NCBI RefSeq assembly: GCF_016433145.1
Contig: NC_058130.1
Coordinates: 74,996 to 138,995, forward strand
Origin: Gracilinanus agilis
Taxonomy: Eukaryota
DNA length: 64,000 nucleotides
Direction: 5' to 3'
Shown one piece after another: positions 11,916 to 23,628 of this stretch. The notes beneath the pieces were generated by a model, which had not been told where the DNA came from, made no database searches, and saw only the letters and a program-made list of their open reading frames with translations. Numbering within the stretch: the stretch's first letter is position 1; every line of letters starts with the position of its first letter. A program made the translations under genes and the position numbers.

Positions 11916-13071
11916 GGGCAGTTAGGTGGTACCATAGTGAACAGAACACCATCCCACACACCAGAGGTGCTAGTCCTCCCTCTCTGCACATCCCTCCTTC
12001 CCCTCTCCTCCTTGGTGATTAATTGATGGGTGCCAGATACATTTTTGTTTCATTGAATTGAATAGAAAATAGCATTCTTTCATACTAATGTAACATTCTA
12101 CACTTTATTTCCTCCGTGAATTTTTCTCTGGCATAAACAATATGTGTCTTGCTTCACAACATGAAGAACAGGGAAATATATATTTTATGATAATATCTAT
12201 AGCCTATGTCATATTACTTGCCTTCTTGGGAAGGGGGGAAAGGAAAAGTTGTTTCTACGTGTAATTGAAAAAAATTAGAAAATGATTTAAAACCAAAAAG
12301 GAAAGCACATTTTACTAAGCTCATCTTCCATGTTGGTTCTGTGTTGGGTTTTTTTACCCCCTGATCTCCCACTGAGTTAATGCAAATAGTTGATTAATAG
12401 GAGCTGGAGAAAGCAGGAAACTAAAGGGGCTGGGGAGGTTAACAGACAGAATAATCAGTTTCTAAATAATGCAATAGTGACTACAATCAAAGTCCAATTC
12501 AAACTCAGCCAGGGTGAGGGGGAGAAAATGACACATTGTAGTTATTTAAGAAATGCTTGTTAGTACTTTTATAAAGCCTTTGATGCCAGTGAAAACCCTG
12601 AAAAGTCACCCCCGGGAAGTAGAATAAATCTATTTCATTAGCTTTTCCAAATGTAATCCTTTTTATATTTTCAATATGGTCCATCAACAAATCTCTGACC
12701 ATAACCATGGGGAACTCTGACCATAACCATGGGGAAAAAAAATCATCAGGTCTCAAACTTATTTTCTAATCTTATTTCTTTATTATCCCTAATACAAACC
12801 TTCTACTCATAGGATCATACACTAAGATCCAGAAAGAATCTTAGATGTCATTGAGTCCAACCTCCTCCTCTTGCAGATGAGAAACCTGAGGCTACAGAAG
12901 ACAAGAAGGCTTGTCCAGTGTTATACAATCAATAAATGTCTGAGACAGCATTTAAACTCAGCTTTCTTGATTCCAACTCCAGTGCCCTATTTGATATTAG
13001 TATACATACAGTCCCTCAGCTCCAGTTGAGTTTGTCCTATTCGCTGCCTCCTAAATAAGTATTGTTTTGGG

Positions 13072-13300
13072 ACAGTTAGAGAGCAAAGTGAATATAGAGT
13101 GCCAGCCCTGAAGTCAGGAGGACCTGAGTTCAAAACCAGCCTCAGACACATACTTGCTGTGTGATTTCGGACAAGTCACTTAACCCTGTTTGTCTCAGTT
13201 TTCTTATCTGTAAGATTAACTGACAAAGGAAATTGCCAACCACTCCAGTATCTTTACTAAGAAAACTGCCTATAGAGCCTCAAAGAATCAGACAGAACAA
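13072..13300 (+). mobile_element. MAR1 SINE (~)
   Basis: tRNA head, CORE and GGAAATTGCCAACCACTCCAGTATCTTT tail. Confidence 0.8.
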
Positions 13301-13789
13301 GAAAATTCTCAGCATCCCCCGCTCTTTTTATGCTATTCCCCTTTCATTTCTATCCATCCTGAACCCTACCCTTCTTTCAAAGGTCAACTTAAACCCTACT
13401 TTTTTTCATAAATGCCTTCCTTAATACCTCTACCCATGTTGATGGACGCCTCTCTTCCAGAGCTTGATTACATTTGTCTGGGTACCACTCTTAGAGACAA
13501 TTCTGTGCTGCTTTGTATTATAGGATGGTAGAAGTTGAAGCTACAAAGAAAACTAAAGATAACGTAATTCAACCCCTTAATTTGTGGAATTTAGAAATAC
13601 ACATTTCTACACAATGAGGAAAGCGGAAGCCTACAAATTTTAATTGACTTGTCTGAAGTCACACAGCTAATATAGAACAGAGATAAGATTTGCATTTATT
13701 GTCCTCTAACTCCAACATGAGAGGTTCATCTGCTACATTATGCAATTGTGGCAGTGAATATCATGTTTTCCTTACTAGACTGTTTTGCT

Positions 13790-14005
13790 ATTGTTCATCA
13801 TTTTTTAGTCATATCAGATTCTTCATGACCTCATCTGGGGATTTCTTGCAAAGACACTAGAGCCATTTGTCATTTTCTTCTCCAGTCAAACAGGGCTAAG
13901 TGACTTGCCCAGGGTCACACAGCTGGTGTCTGAGACTGGATTTGAATGCAGGAAGATGAGTCTTCCTGTCTCGAAGACCCAGGACTCCAGCCACCTAGCT
14001 GCCCT
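13790..14005 (-). mobile_element. MAR1 SINE (~)
   Basis: GGGCTAAGTGACTTGCCCAGGGTCACACAGCT core, ending GCCACCTAGCTGCCC. Confidence 0.8.
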
Positions 14006-14084
14006 AACTACTTGGCTCTAAGCTATATGAGAATAAGAACTATATTAGAATTCAGCTCTTAACTCCCTGTAGATGTCAAAAATA

Positions 14085-14320
14085 ACACACCTGGTTGGTG
14101 CAATGGATGGAGTAAGAAAAAACTAAGTTGAAATCCTGCCTTGGACACTTGCTTAGCTGTGTGACCCTGGGCAAATCACGTGACTCTTCTTAGCCTCAAT
14201 TTCCTCATCTGTGAAATGGGGATGATAAGAATGGCACCCATCTGAAATGAGTTAACAAATGTAAAGCACTTTGCAAACTTTGAAAAGCTAAATAAATGCT
14301 AACTTGTTATTATTATTACT
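14085..14320 (+). mobile_element. MIR SINE (~)
   Basis: GCTGTGTGACCCTGGGCAAATCAC...CCTCAATTTCCTCATCTGTGAAATGGGGATGATAA...GTAAAGCACTT. Confidence 0.8.
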
Positions 14321-15190
14321 ACTACTACTATTAAAAGATGAAATAAATGAAGTCACTGTGTTCAGTTTCTGACACAAAAGCTTACAGTAATACTATTCCA
14401 CCTGCAAAGTGTGTCGATGATGTTTTGAAATGTCCCAATAGAATGTAAACTCCCTAAGGGTAAAGGCTATTTCACTTTTGCTTTTGTATCTCCAGTGCTG
14501 AGAATAGATTCTTAATAAGTTCTTGTTGATTGATTTATTTCTTGATTAAGTACAAGGAAAAATATTAAACTATATTATTTTGCAAAACAAAAATGCGCCT
14601 AGATTCTTTTAAAAAATTAGATACCTCAAAATGTCATCAATTCAGTCCAAACTTATTGAGGAATAACATAAAGCTTACTTTTGTTATCTAAGATCATGGA
14701 GGCTTTATTTAACTTGTTCAATAGATTTGTCAATTCCTATATGTATTTGAATATAATAAAATTGGGTTCCTTTTGGAATACTATTACTCAAAAAACTAAT
14801 CAATTGAAACTGGCCTTTCTGGAGTCAATTCCAATTAATTTGTCAAAATTAGTAAAGTTTCTTCGTGTTAAAAATGTCAAGAGTGTGTGATTCTAATGGA
14901 TCCTGTGGTTTTCATCAAATGATACATGAAACTTTGGCCCCAAACTAATGCCTCTGTACCCAAGAGCATTAAACTATACTTTTGGGGTGACTTGCTTCCT
15001 ATATAGCTTGGTGGCATCTATTAAAATGAATTCTTAACCATTATTTTCTTTTAAAGGAATGGATTTAGTCCTTAAGACAGATGTTGAATCCCTGCCCTAA
15101 GACCTAGAGGAAGAGAATGCCCCTGGATTGGGCACTTAGTAGACTTGAATAGGGAAAGGGAAAAAGCCATGTTTTCCCAAAAGTCCAGAG

Positions 15191-15949
15191 TGTAAGAATT
15201 AATATTGGGTTTAACTCAATATGAGAGTTATAAAAGTGAGATTGTGGTCGCTGTTTATAAAATATTAGCCCTTAAGTCAGAAATGACTGTTAGCAGCTTT
15301 TATTTACAACAAGGTAGAAATATTAAAAGTGGGAAATGTAGGAAGGAGGCAGAGCCTTGTCTAGCCTACCACCCTAAGTACTGCTCCAGTGAAGTCCAGC
15401 TCAGTCCCCCTGCAGGGGCTCCCTCAAGTCCCAATCTCCACGTGGAAGTCCTGGTGGTATCTTCAGCCAGGAGTCCACCAACGCAAGCTTCTTCCTTCAG
15501 CTCCAGTCACTCACCCAGCAAGCCTCTCCAGAGCCGAAACTCCAGTCCAGAATGATTCCAGGAAAAGGTGACTGCCTCCAAGAACCTCACCAGAGCTTAA
15601 AAGAGTATCCCATTGAAGCACCAACCAAAAGAGAGTCTCCTCACCAAAGAACCAAGTAAGTCAAGAGTGCATCTTGTCTTTAGGTCTCACCTTTTATAGT
15701 CCTTTTTCCATCACTTCATGTCTCTCTCCCACTTCAGGGGAACCAATCACAGCCTCCCAATTTGCCTAGCACTGCCCAAGGGGGGAGCAGTGCTTGTAGC
15801 CTTTGGAGGTGTGAACTAGTAAGTGATTTGTGAGCTCTCTTACTTAATGGTTAGCTGGGTACTAAGTAGGGGCACCTTAAATTCTTGATTAAATTAAAGT
15901 TTGCTGATTGGTTACATTAAAATGAACTAAGTCTAATTCTCTCTTCACA
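15191..15949 (-). mobile_element. Solo ERV LTR (ERV1-like), 759 bp
   Basis: TGT...ACA termini and 4-bp TSD AGAG (15187-15190 / 15950-15953). On the minus strand: CCAAT/ATTGG boxes, CTATAAAAGG TATA (~15690) and downstream AATAAA (~15300). Confidence 0.85.
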
Positions 15950-16124
15950 AGAGAACTGGGATGACCATCAGTAACTGAGCAAGAACAAATGGTCCACGGA
16001 AGGAAGTGAGTTAGAAATAAAAGAAAACCCTACAAGGCCAAGAAAACACCACGGGAAGGTAAGGAAGGAATGTCAATAGATGGTAGTTTGTCTTTTACAA
16101 GAACTCAGTCTAAGATAGTAAGCT

Positions 16125-17412
16125 GCCATTTTGGAGGGCAATATACTGGCCATAGAGCCTGCAGTATGAATATAGTATATTTTAGAAGTAACAAGTAGAC
16201 AGCTTCCCTAATTCCCTAAAATTAGTCAGACTTCCAAACCTAGAGATACCAGATGTACTTCAGGCTACAAAGAATTTGTTCCCCTGTATAGTCAGTAATT
16301 GCTACCATTTTATAAAAACAGGCATTCTTAAAGACTCATCATGAATATTGAGTGTTCAGTATTTTTATGACAAGGTGGTATAGTTCTGGCTCAAATAAGG
16401 TTCCATTTTCCCATCTACACAGATGGCAGAGTGGATTTTCTCATTACAGAAAGGGCTTATCTCTGTCTGCTCCACTCCTTCAATTTACAAATATATAGCC
16501 TTTCTATTGTTCATGGCTAAAAATCGATACAGACCACAGACAATGCCCAGTAATGCCCTATTTTCTAAGTAGAGAAATGAAGGTACTGGGGAGTTAACTA
16601 ACTTCCCATAGATCATATAATGAGATAGCATTCAGAGCTAGGATTAAACTGGAGATTCGGGTTGTAATTACTCAAATGATACCTATGGACTTTTAAAATA
16701 GGTGAATATAAAAAGCCACAAATATGGCTTACTGGGTAAAATAATGGTTTTTCAGTCAAAATCAAGTCATAGCAATAATTGTGAGGGAGATTTTCTGTCA
16801 GGTCCTTGGCCACTATGGCCACCATATCAGGTCAATTTTATATGAAAGCAGTTCAGTAGGATTGAGTCTATCATAGGTAGAAGTTACCTTAGATTCTCCA
16901 GATTTACCATTCTATGGTTGGGGGAGTGATAAGGGAGAGGGAAGGTGGGAATAGGATCATAGTACTTGGAACTGGTACAAACAGAAGAGGTCATTCGGCT
17001 CAGTCCCTTCATTATAAAGAGACAGGCTTAAGAAGTGGAGAAAATCCTATGTTTGGAATTAGGAAGACATTGGTTCAAATCCTACCTCGGAAATGTAACT
17101 GATACCAAAAAATCACTTTATATTCAACCTCAGTTTCCTCACCTGCAAAATGAAGTTATTAATAAATACCACCTCTCTCATAAGATTTCTGAAAGACTCA
17201 GAAAAGATAGTACATGTGGACTACTCAATAAAAGTGATTTTTATTATTATCATTATTATTTATAACTATTATCGCATCCTACTATTTAACATGGAAAATT
17301 TTCCAGGACAATTCACTATGTTGCTATTTTATGGGGGCAATATATTGGCCATAGAGCCTTCAGTTATGAATATAGTATATTTTAGAGGTAACAAGTAGAC
17401 AGCTTCCCTAAT
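16125..17412 (+). repeat. ~88-bp dispersed direct repeat pair (16125-16212 and 17323-17412)
   Basis: Both copies read ...GGGCAATATA(C/T)TGGCCATAGAGCCT(G/T)CAG..ATGAATATAGTATATTTTAGA(A/G)GTAACAAGTAGACAGCTTCCCTAATT, roughly 90% identical by eye. Confidence 0.9.
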
Positions 17413-17478
17413 TTTCTATTTATAGACTACCCTCCTGTGCTTTCTTTTGTCAATAACATGGTACTAAAATGCCATCAA

Positions 17479-17690
17479 GGGGGTTGCTAGGTGGCTCAGT
17501 GGATTGAGAGCCAGGCCTAGAGACAGGAAGTCCGGGGTTCAAATCTGCCCTCAGACACTTCCCAGCTGTGTGACCCTGGGCAAGTCACTTAATCCCCATT
17601 GCCTACCCTTACAGCTCTTCTGCCCTAGAACAAATACCCTGTATTGATTCTAAGATGGAAGGAAAAGGTTTTTTTTTAATAAAATAAATC
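17479..17690 (+). mobile_element. Opossum SINE1 (SINE1_Mdo/Opo-1 type), full length
   Basis: GGGGGTTGCTAGGTGGCTCAGTGGATTGAGAGCCAGGCCTAGAGAC head, diagnostic tail GTATTGATTCTAAGATGGAAGG, 13-bp TSD AAAATG(C/A)CATCAA (17466-17478 / 17691-17703). Confidence 0.9.
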
Positions 17691-18108
17691 AAAATGACAT
17701 CAAACCATGCAATCTACTCCTATCCACTCCTCTTTGTAATTTCACAAGGAACTCCATCAGGCTTACTAATTTTCTGAGTCCTAAATGCAATTGTCACACC
17801 TGGAGGGTCCTTGATTCCATTCTTAGATCTTAGCTTTTTCATGACTTCTGGTAACCTTTCCGTTACATTTGACATATCCAAAGGAATATACCTGTTATAT
17901 TAGCTCTTATTTCAGCGTGGTAAAGTGAGGTCTGCTTGTTCCAAAAGTATCTCTGTAGGCCTTAGACCTGCTCATCATATGCTCTAAGAATGCCTATCAA
18001 CTTTGTTCTTCCTATTGCTGAGGAAATACTAATCTTTCTAAAGCTAAATTAGTGATGGACTCTATGTTTGGCAAATGGAATATTAGTTTCTATTAAGATG
18101 CTTTTTTA

Positions 18109-18299
18109 GGGGGCAGCTAGGTAGCTCATTGGATTGAGAGCCAAACCTAGAGATAGGAAGTCCTAGGTTCAAATCTGACCTCAGACACTTCCTAGCTGTG
18201 TGACCCTGAGCACTTAATCCCCATTGTCTAACCCTTACCACCCTTCTAGCTTGGAATTAATATACAGTATTTATTCTAAAATGGAAGGTAAGGTTTTTT
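18109..18299 (+). mobile_element. Opossum SINE1, full length
   Basis: Same head and tail as above. 15-bp TSD TAAG(A/C)TGCTTTTTTA (18094-18108 / 18300-18314). Confidence 0.9.
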
Positions 18300-18314
18300 T
18301 AAGCTGCTTTTTTA

Positions 18315-18630
18315 CAATGTACAATCCTGAGGGACTTATGAAAAAGAATACTATCTGCCTCTAGAGAAAGAACTCTTGGAGTCGAAATGCAGATGAAAAC
18401 ATACGCTTTATCACTTGTTTGTCTGGGTATGTGTTTGGAGGTTTAGGTTTTATAAGATTACTCCCTTACAAAAATGAATATGTTTTGAGTGATAATACAT
18501 GTATAACCCAGTGGAATTGCTTGTCAACTCCAGGAGGGGGGAGGGAAGAGGGAAAGGTGACAACATGAATCATATAACTGGAAAAATTATGTGAAAATTT
18601 GTTTTTGGAATAAAATAAAGATAATTTTTT
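18315..18630 (+). mobile_element. L1 3' UTR fragment (~)
   Basis: GGACTTATGAAAAAGAATACTATCTGCCTCTAGAGAAAG...GTGGAATTGCTTGTCAACTCCAGGAGGGG..., homologous to 48700-49045, with A-rich end. Confidence 0.85.
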
Positions 18631-18714
18631 TTTCAAAATACATTGTGGTCCATTTTAAAGTTCCAATAATGTGCATTAAGATTTATACATTGTGGGTATT
18701 ATCATTTAGTCCAT

Positions 18715-19280
18715 CCCTCACTCAGCTGTAAAATCAGTCTTTCTAAGGCTCAGATCCAACAATGTTATCTCACTATTTGGTAAAATCCAGTGACTCCTTA
18801 TTTCTCTCAGCATAAAATATAAAATTCTCCGGTTGGCATTCAAAGTTTTACATGACCTGTTCTCCTCCTGCCTTTCCAGTCTTCTTACACCTTTCTCACT
18901 TTCAAGTTCTCTGCCACCCAGGAACACCAATCCCTTTGCTATTCCTTTTACAAGGCACTCCGCCTTCGAACTCCAACCATTTTCACTGGCTCTCTCTCAT
19001 CCCTGGGATTCTCTCATTTGGTTTTCCGGAATTCTTTCAGGTCCTAGTAACTTCCTCTTTCTACAAGGACCCTTCCTGATCCTCCTTCTCTCTAAGTGCC
19101 TTCTCTCTAAGATTACCTTCAAGTTATCCTGTCTATGATTTATTTATATATAGTTTCTACATTGTCTCCCCATTAGACCGAGCCTCTTCTTGAAAGAAAA
19201 GATTGTTTTTTGTCTTCTTTTTATCTCCAGTGCTTGGCATAGCACCTAGCCATAGCAAGTGCTTAATAAATGCTTATTGA
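18715..19280 (+). mobile_element. L2 LINE 3' region (~)
   Basis: Pyrimidine-rich L2 body, ending CCAGTGCTTGGCATAGCACC...GTGCTTAATAAATGCTTATTGA. Confidence 0.75.
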
Positions 19281-20769
19281 TTTCACTTGAGTTGGGACTT
19301 CCCAATACTAACAAATCACAAGTCCAGACCCTATTGCCTACCTCTCTTCTTACTGGCTAACTAACTATCTAACTAACTAAGAGGAAGGCCTCACATAAAT
19401 TGTGTTGATCTTCTTTGGAGGCACTATGTAGTGAAATGAACAGAGTTCGAAACGTTAAGAAACCATGGATTGGCTGGGATCTATACCAACATGGGGAATT
19501 CCTCACATTGGTAAGGTCATGTCCTCCCTAAAGCGTGGAAGTCTTTTCTTATTGTTTGGTTTCATTACTGACTGATCAAATTAACTATAAATTGATGCAG
19601 CCTCTGGGATGCAACTTGGAATTATGTGAAAAAAGTTATGTTTGTCATTTTATCCAGTAATTCCACATTTAGCAAATACCCTAAAAAGGTCAAAGACTGA
19701 TAGCCCACAAATATAACAACATATGTGCTTTTTGGAGATAGTTAAAGTAGCCCAGAAGAATCTACTTCCTCTTCTTTTCTCTGTAGATCTTCTCTGAAAA
19801 GAAATGATTTACAGGGGAAGCTAAGAGGAAAAAATTCTGAGATTCTGGGATGGGAATGGGATTGCCCTTCTTTCTACCTCAACAGTTAAAATCATTCCTT
19901 TGCCACAGGAGAATGGAACAGGAGCCACACAATTGCATTTAAACAAGTCTCTGTATTTGTGCTTTCTCTCAACTTCCCATTCAGAAGGACCTTAGACAAG
20001 TGCATCTTGGGTCAGGACCAGCTACTAGGACCAATTTTGGGATTGAGAAGTAAACAGCACACAGTAATAAGTATGACCCAGAATCAGCTGAGGGCTGGCA
20101 GCTATGATGAATACAGTGGTCTGGTAAGAGAAACATCATCTTCTCCACTTCCTTACACCTATCAACTTAAGATGAGAAAATAAACAACCCCCATCTTCCT
20201 GACATTTGAACCTTGGGTTTTACATGCTAGGGAAAATTTTTGGTCATCACCCAATGATCCAGAAGAGAGTAGGTATGATGGTTAGGAGGGCTATGGAGAA
20301 GGAAGCATTACTATTTTCAATTAAATTCTATGTTACTAAAGTTACAGGATCATCTACTAAATATTTAAATCTACAGATGCCTGGGGAAGGAGGGAGAACT
20401 TGAGAGTCTGAAATATTTCAGGGAAGTGGGGACAAGTCCAAAGCATTAAAGTTGAAGTGCTAATATTTGACCAATATTTCATTTCCTGGGCGACCTTAGT
20501 TCCCCAAAGCAAGGGGAAGATGCCATGTGCAGCAAGATGTTATGTTGGGCATAAAGTCCAGTAGAGCTTATTCAAGCTATTAGCCTATTTGCTCAGATAT
20601 GGAATAGAGAGAATAGCTTGAGTACTATCTGGTATGTCACACAGATATTATATTCTGAGATAATTCTAACATATTAGCTGGATTTTCATCTATGTGACAT
20701 CATATAAGAGCCAAATGTTTCAAGTGAGTATCAATACCATCAACATTTAGTTACCTTGTACATATCACA

Positions 20770-21110
20770 TGTGCTTATGTTACATATGAGGACTTTTAAT
20801 TTTCATGTACAAAATTGGAAACACAATGAATGCCCATTGATTAGGGAAGAGCTGAATCCAACATGGTATATGAATGAAAATGAATATTATTATGCAGAAG
20901 AAATTATGATTATGAGGAATTCAGTAAAACATGAATTTCTGTAGATGAAATAAATAGAATCAGGAGAACACAAGTACAAGAAAATATAACTGAAAATAAC
21001 ATTAAAAGGCAGTCTTACTCTGATTCACCATTAGAACCAATCTCAGTCCCAGAGAGTAGGTGATGAAACACCTCCCTCCTCTCAGAAGAGAAGAATTTAA
21101 AGAGCATGAT
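20770..21110 (+). mobile_element. Old L1 3' end fragment (~)
   Basis: AAAATTGGAAACACAATGAATGCCCATTGATTAGGGAAGAGCTG...ATGGTATATGAATG resembles the decayed ORF2 C-terminus/3' UTR. Confidence 0.6.
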
Positions 21111-21149
21111 ATAGTCCATAAATATTTAATGAGCAACTATTATATGCCA

Positions 21150-21400
21150 TGGACAGCTAGGTGATGCAGTGGATAGAGTGTTGGCCCTGGAATCAGGGAG
21201 AACCGAGTTCAATATAGCCTTGGACACAAACTAGCTGAGTGACCCTCAGCAAATCATTTAATCCTATTTGCCTCAGTTTCCTCATCTATGAAGTGAGCTG
21301 GAGGAAATAGCAAACCACTACAGTACCTTTGCCAAGGAAAAACACCTCCCTTCAAATAGGGTCAAGAACAGTAGGATACGACTAAATCAACAAAACAACA
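21150..21400 (+). mobile_element. MAR1 SINE (~)
   Basis: GGACAGCTAGGTGATGCAGTGGATAGAG head, CORE and GCAAACCACTACAGTACCTTTGCCAAGG tail. Confidence 0.8.
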
Positions 21401-23134
21401 GCAAAGTGCCATGCACTGTACATTGGGGATGCAAAGAAAGGCAAAAGATAATGCCTGACAATCCTGAAAGACTTATGACCGGGATTGCTATCCACCTCCA
21501 GAGAATGAACCACTGGAGTTGTCTTTCACATAAATGTATTTATGGTTTTATTTGGGGGTCTTTGTTATTTTATTAATTTGCTCTTACAATAATGACCTAT
21601 ATGGAAGTAGGTTTTGCATGACAATAAAAACAAATTTTTAAAGTCTTTAGAAGCCAATAATAATAATGATGATGATGGTGATGATGATGATGATGATTCC
21701 TTACCTCGAAGGAGCTTACATTCTAATGTGGTAAAACAATACAGAAAACCAAGCTGAAAAGGGGAAGGAGGAGGTAAGGTACCTGACATGGGGTGAAAGA
21801 TGTAGATGATAAAACAGGGCATGCAGTTGGGTGGGGAAAAAAAGAATAGAGGGATAGCCTGAGCATCTGCCTTAAATGGAGATTCTCAGAGAAGCTCCCC
21901 ATCCTCCAATTAGAGGTAGAGGTCTTTGGGACACAGAGTATTGTTAAGGTGTGACTTCCAGGGATGAAATGATCTTCTAGGTTGAGATTCCTGGGAATGA
22001 TGGAGCAGACCCAACAAATTTAAAGGGTCTGTTACACTGTTATAAAAGTCACAGCCTATTGATTTGTCTAAATCATTTTTCCATCATTAGAAGACAGATT
22101 CTAATGGGTACAGTGCTATTTTATGAAATGACTCCATTATAAAAGAAGGCATCATTAAAACTTTTTTAAAACCTGTTTGTTATAGCTTAGGACTCTCCCT
22201 GTGATGATCATCTCTTTATTTTGTGCAGGGAACTCTGTTAGGGGGAGAAAGTCAAAGCCTTCTTGTCACATGAGCTGGGCAAAAGCAAGGGTGTAGCCCA
22301 GTTCAAGCACTTATAACCAAGCAACCCCTTCACATGTTCACTACACTATTCTTTGTGAAATTGCTTGTTATGTGATATGCTTTTGTTAACCTCTTTAGTC
22401 TTCTGACCTTGGGGAGTCATATTTAAAAGGCGAGGAAGAGGTATGAAAATTCATGGGCACCAAAACTAATCGAGCCTGTTGGAGCCTCACGGGTTTCCCC
22501 AGTTCAGTTGCCAGAGTTTGTTTCTTTGCTAACCCTGGCTTGGAAACCACTTTGCAATTTCAATGAATACTACCAGGTGGTGGCAAAGGGTATGTATATG
22601 TGTTTGTATATTGCCAACAAAATAAGGACCAAGTTGTACTCCAAGGCCATACACAGAGGGAACCTCAGTGTGGTAGCTAAAGATGGGGATACAAGATTGG
22701 TCCTAATATGCAGCATTCTCATGACTGAAAGAGCCCTGAATAAGAAAATAGATCCAGAGTTACCAGTTATTTCTGATAATGACCATCAAAGGAAAGGAAA
22801 GCCTTAACCACTCCTCTACTACCAAATTTCCTTTTGTCTATTAACTGTCATTTCTAAAGCACTTCAGGACTATCAAAGTAATAGCCTCAAGACAGCCACA
22901 AAAGATATATAGTACAAGTTTATTATGTCCATTTTGCAGGTAAGGAACCCGAAGCCCTGGGAAATTACTTACTCAAAATCATAAGTAACTGATGTGAAAC
23001 TCAAAATAACATTTCAAGACTCCACATCCAGTAGACTGTCCCATGCAGCATGAGGTTGATATTCAAGCTTCAGTTTATACCCTAATTTTATGTTTTAATT
23101 TAATTTAATTAATTTAATTTTTAATTTAATTTAA

Positions 23135-23378
23135 TATTGTTGTTTAGTTGTTTAAGTAATGTCTGACTTCTTGTGATCCTATTTGGGTTTTTCTTGTCAA
23201 AAAATATTGGAGTGGGTTACCATTTCTTTCTCTAGCTTATTTTACAAATGGGGAAACTGAGGAAAGCAAGGTTAAGTGATTTGACCAGGGTTACATAGCT
23301 AGTGAGTGTCTGAGATTGGATTTGAACTCAGTTCTTCCTGACTCTAGGCCTGGTGCTCTATCTACTGTGCCACCCAAT
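23135..23378 (-). mobile_element. MAR1 SINE (~)
   Basis: TTGTTGTTTAGTTG tail, TATTGGAGTGGGTTACCATTTC, CORE and GCCACCCAATTGC head. Confidence 0.8.
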
Positions 23379-23628
23379 TGCTCCTAAGATTTAAAAGAAA
23401 CACATACATCTGTGAGTGAATGAATATTATTATAAAATATATTACAAGATATTATATAATAAAAATCCTACCTGAACTATATAAGATAATATTAGATGTG
23501 AGTATATGTAATAGTATTCCCAGGTGAGACTTTCAGAAAGCTGATGGTTGGGAGGGGCAAAAAGACATTGAAGTGTAAATGGAAAACATTCAGGTGCAAA
23601 AAAGATATTCTATGATTCATAAAGGATC

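Noticed and set aside
15205-15571. 116-aa Ser/Pro-rich ORF
   Set aside because: It lies antisense within the solo LTR and begins at a non-ATG codon. Its composition reflects the LTR.
22200-22810. TATA-like TATTTAAAAGG and 99-aa ORF
   Set aside because: The ORF starts at a non-ATG codon with no recognisable domain, and the promoter evidence is one weak motif.
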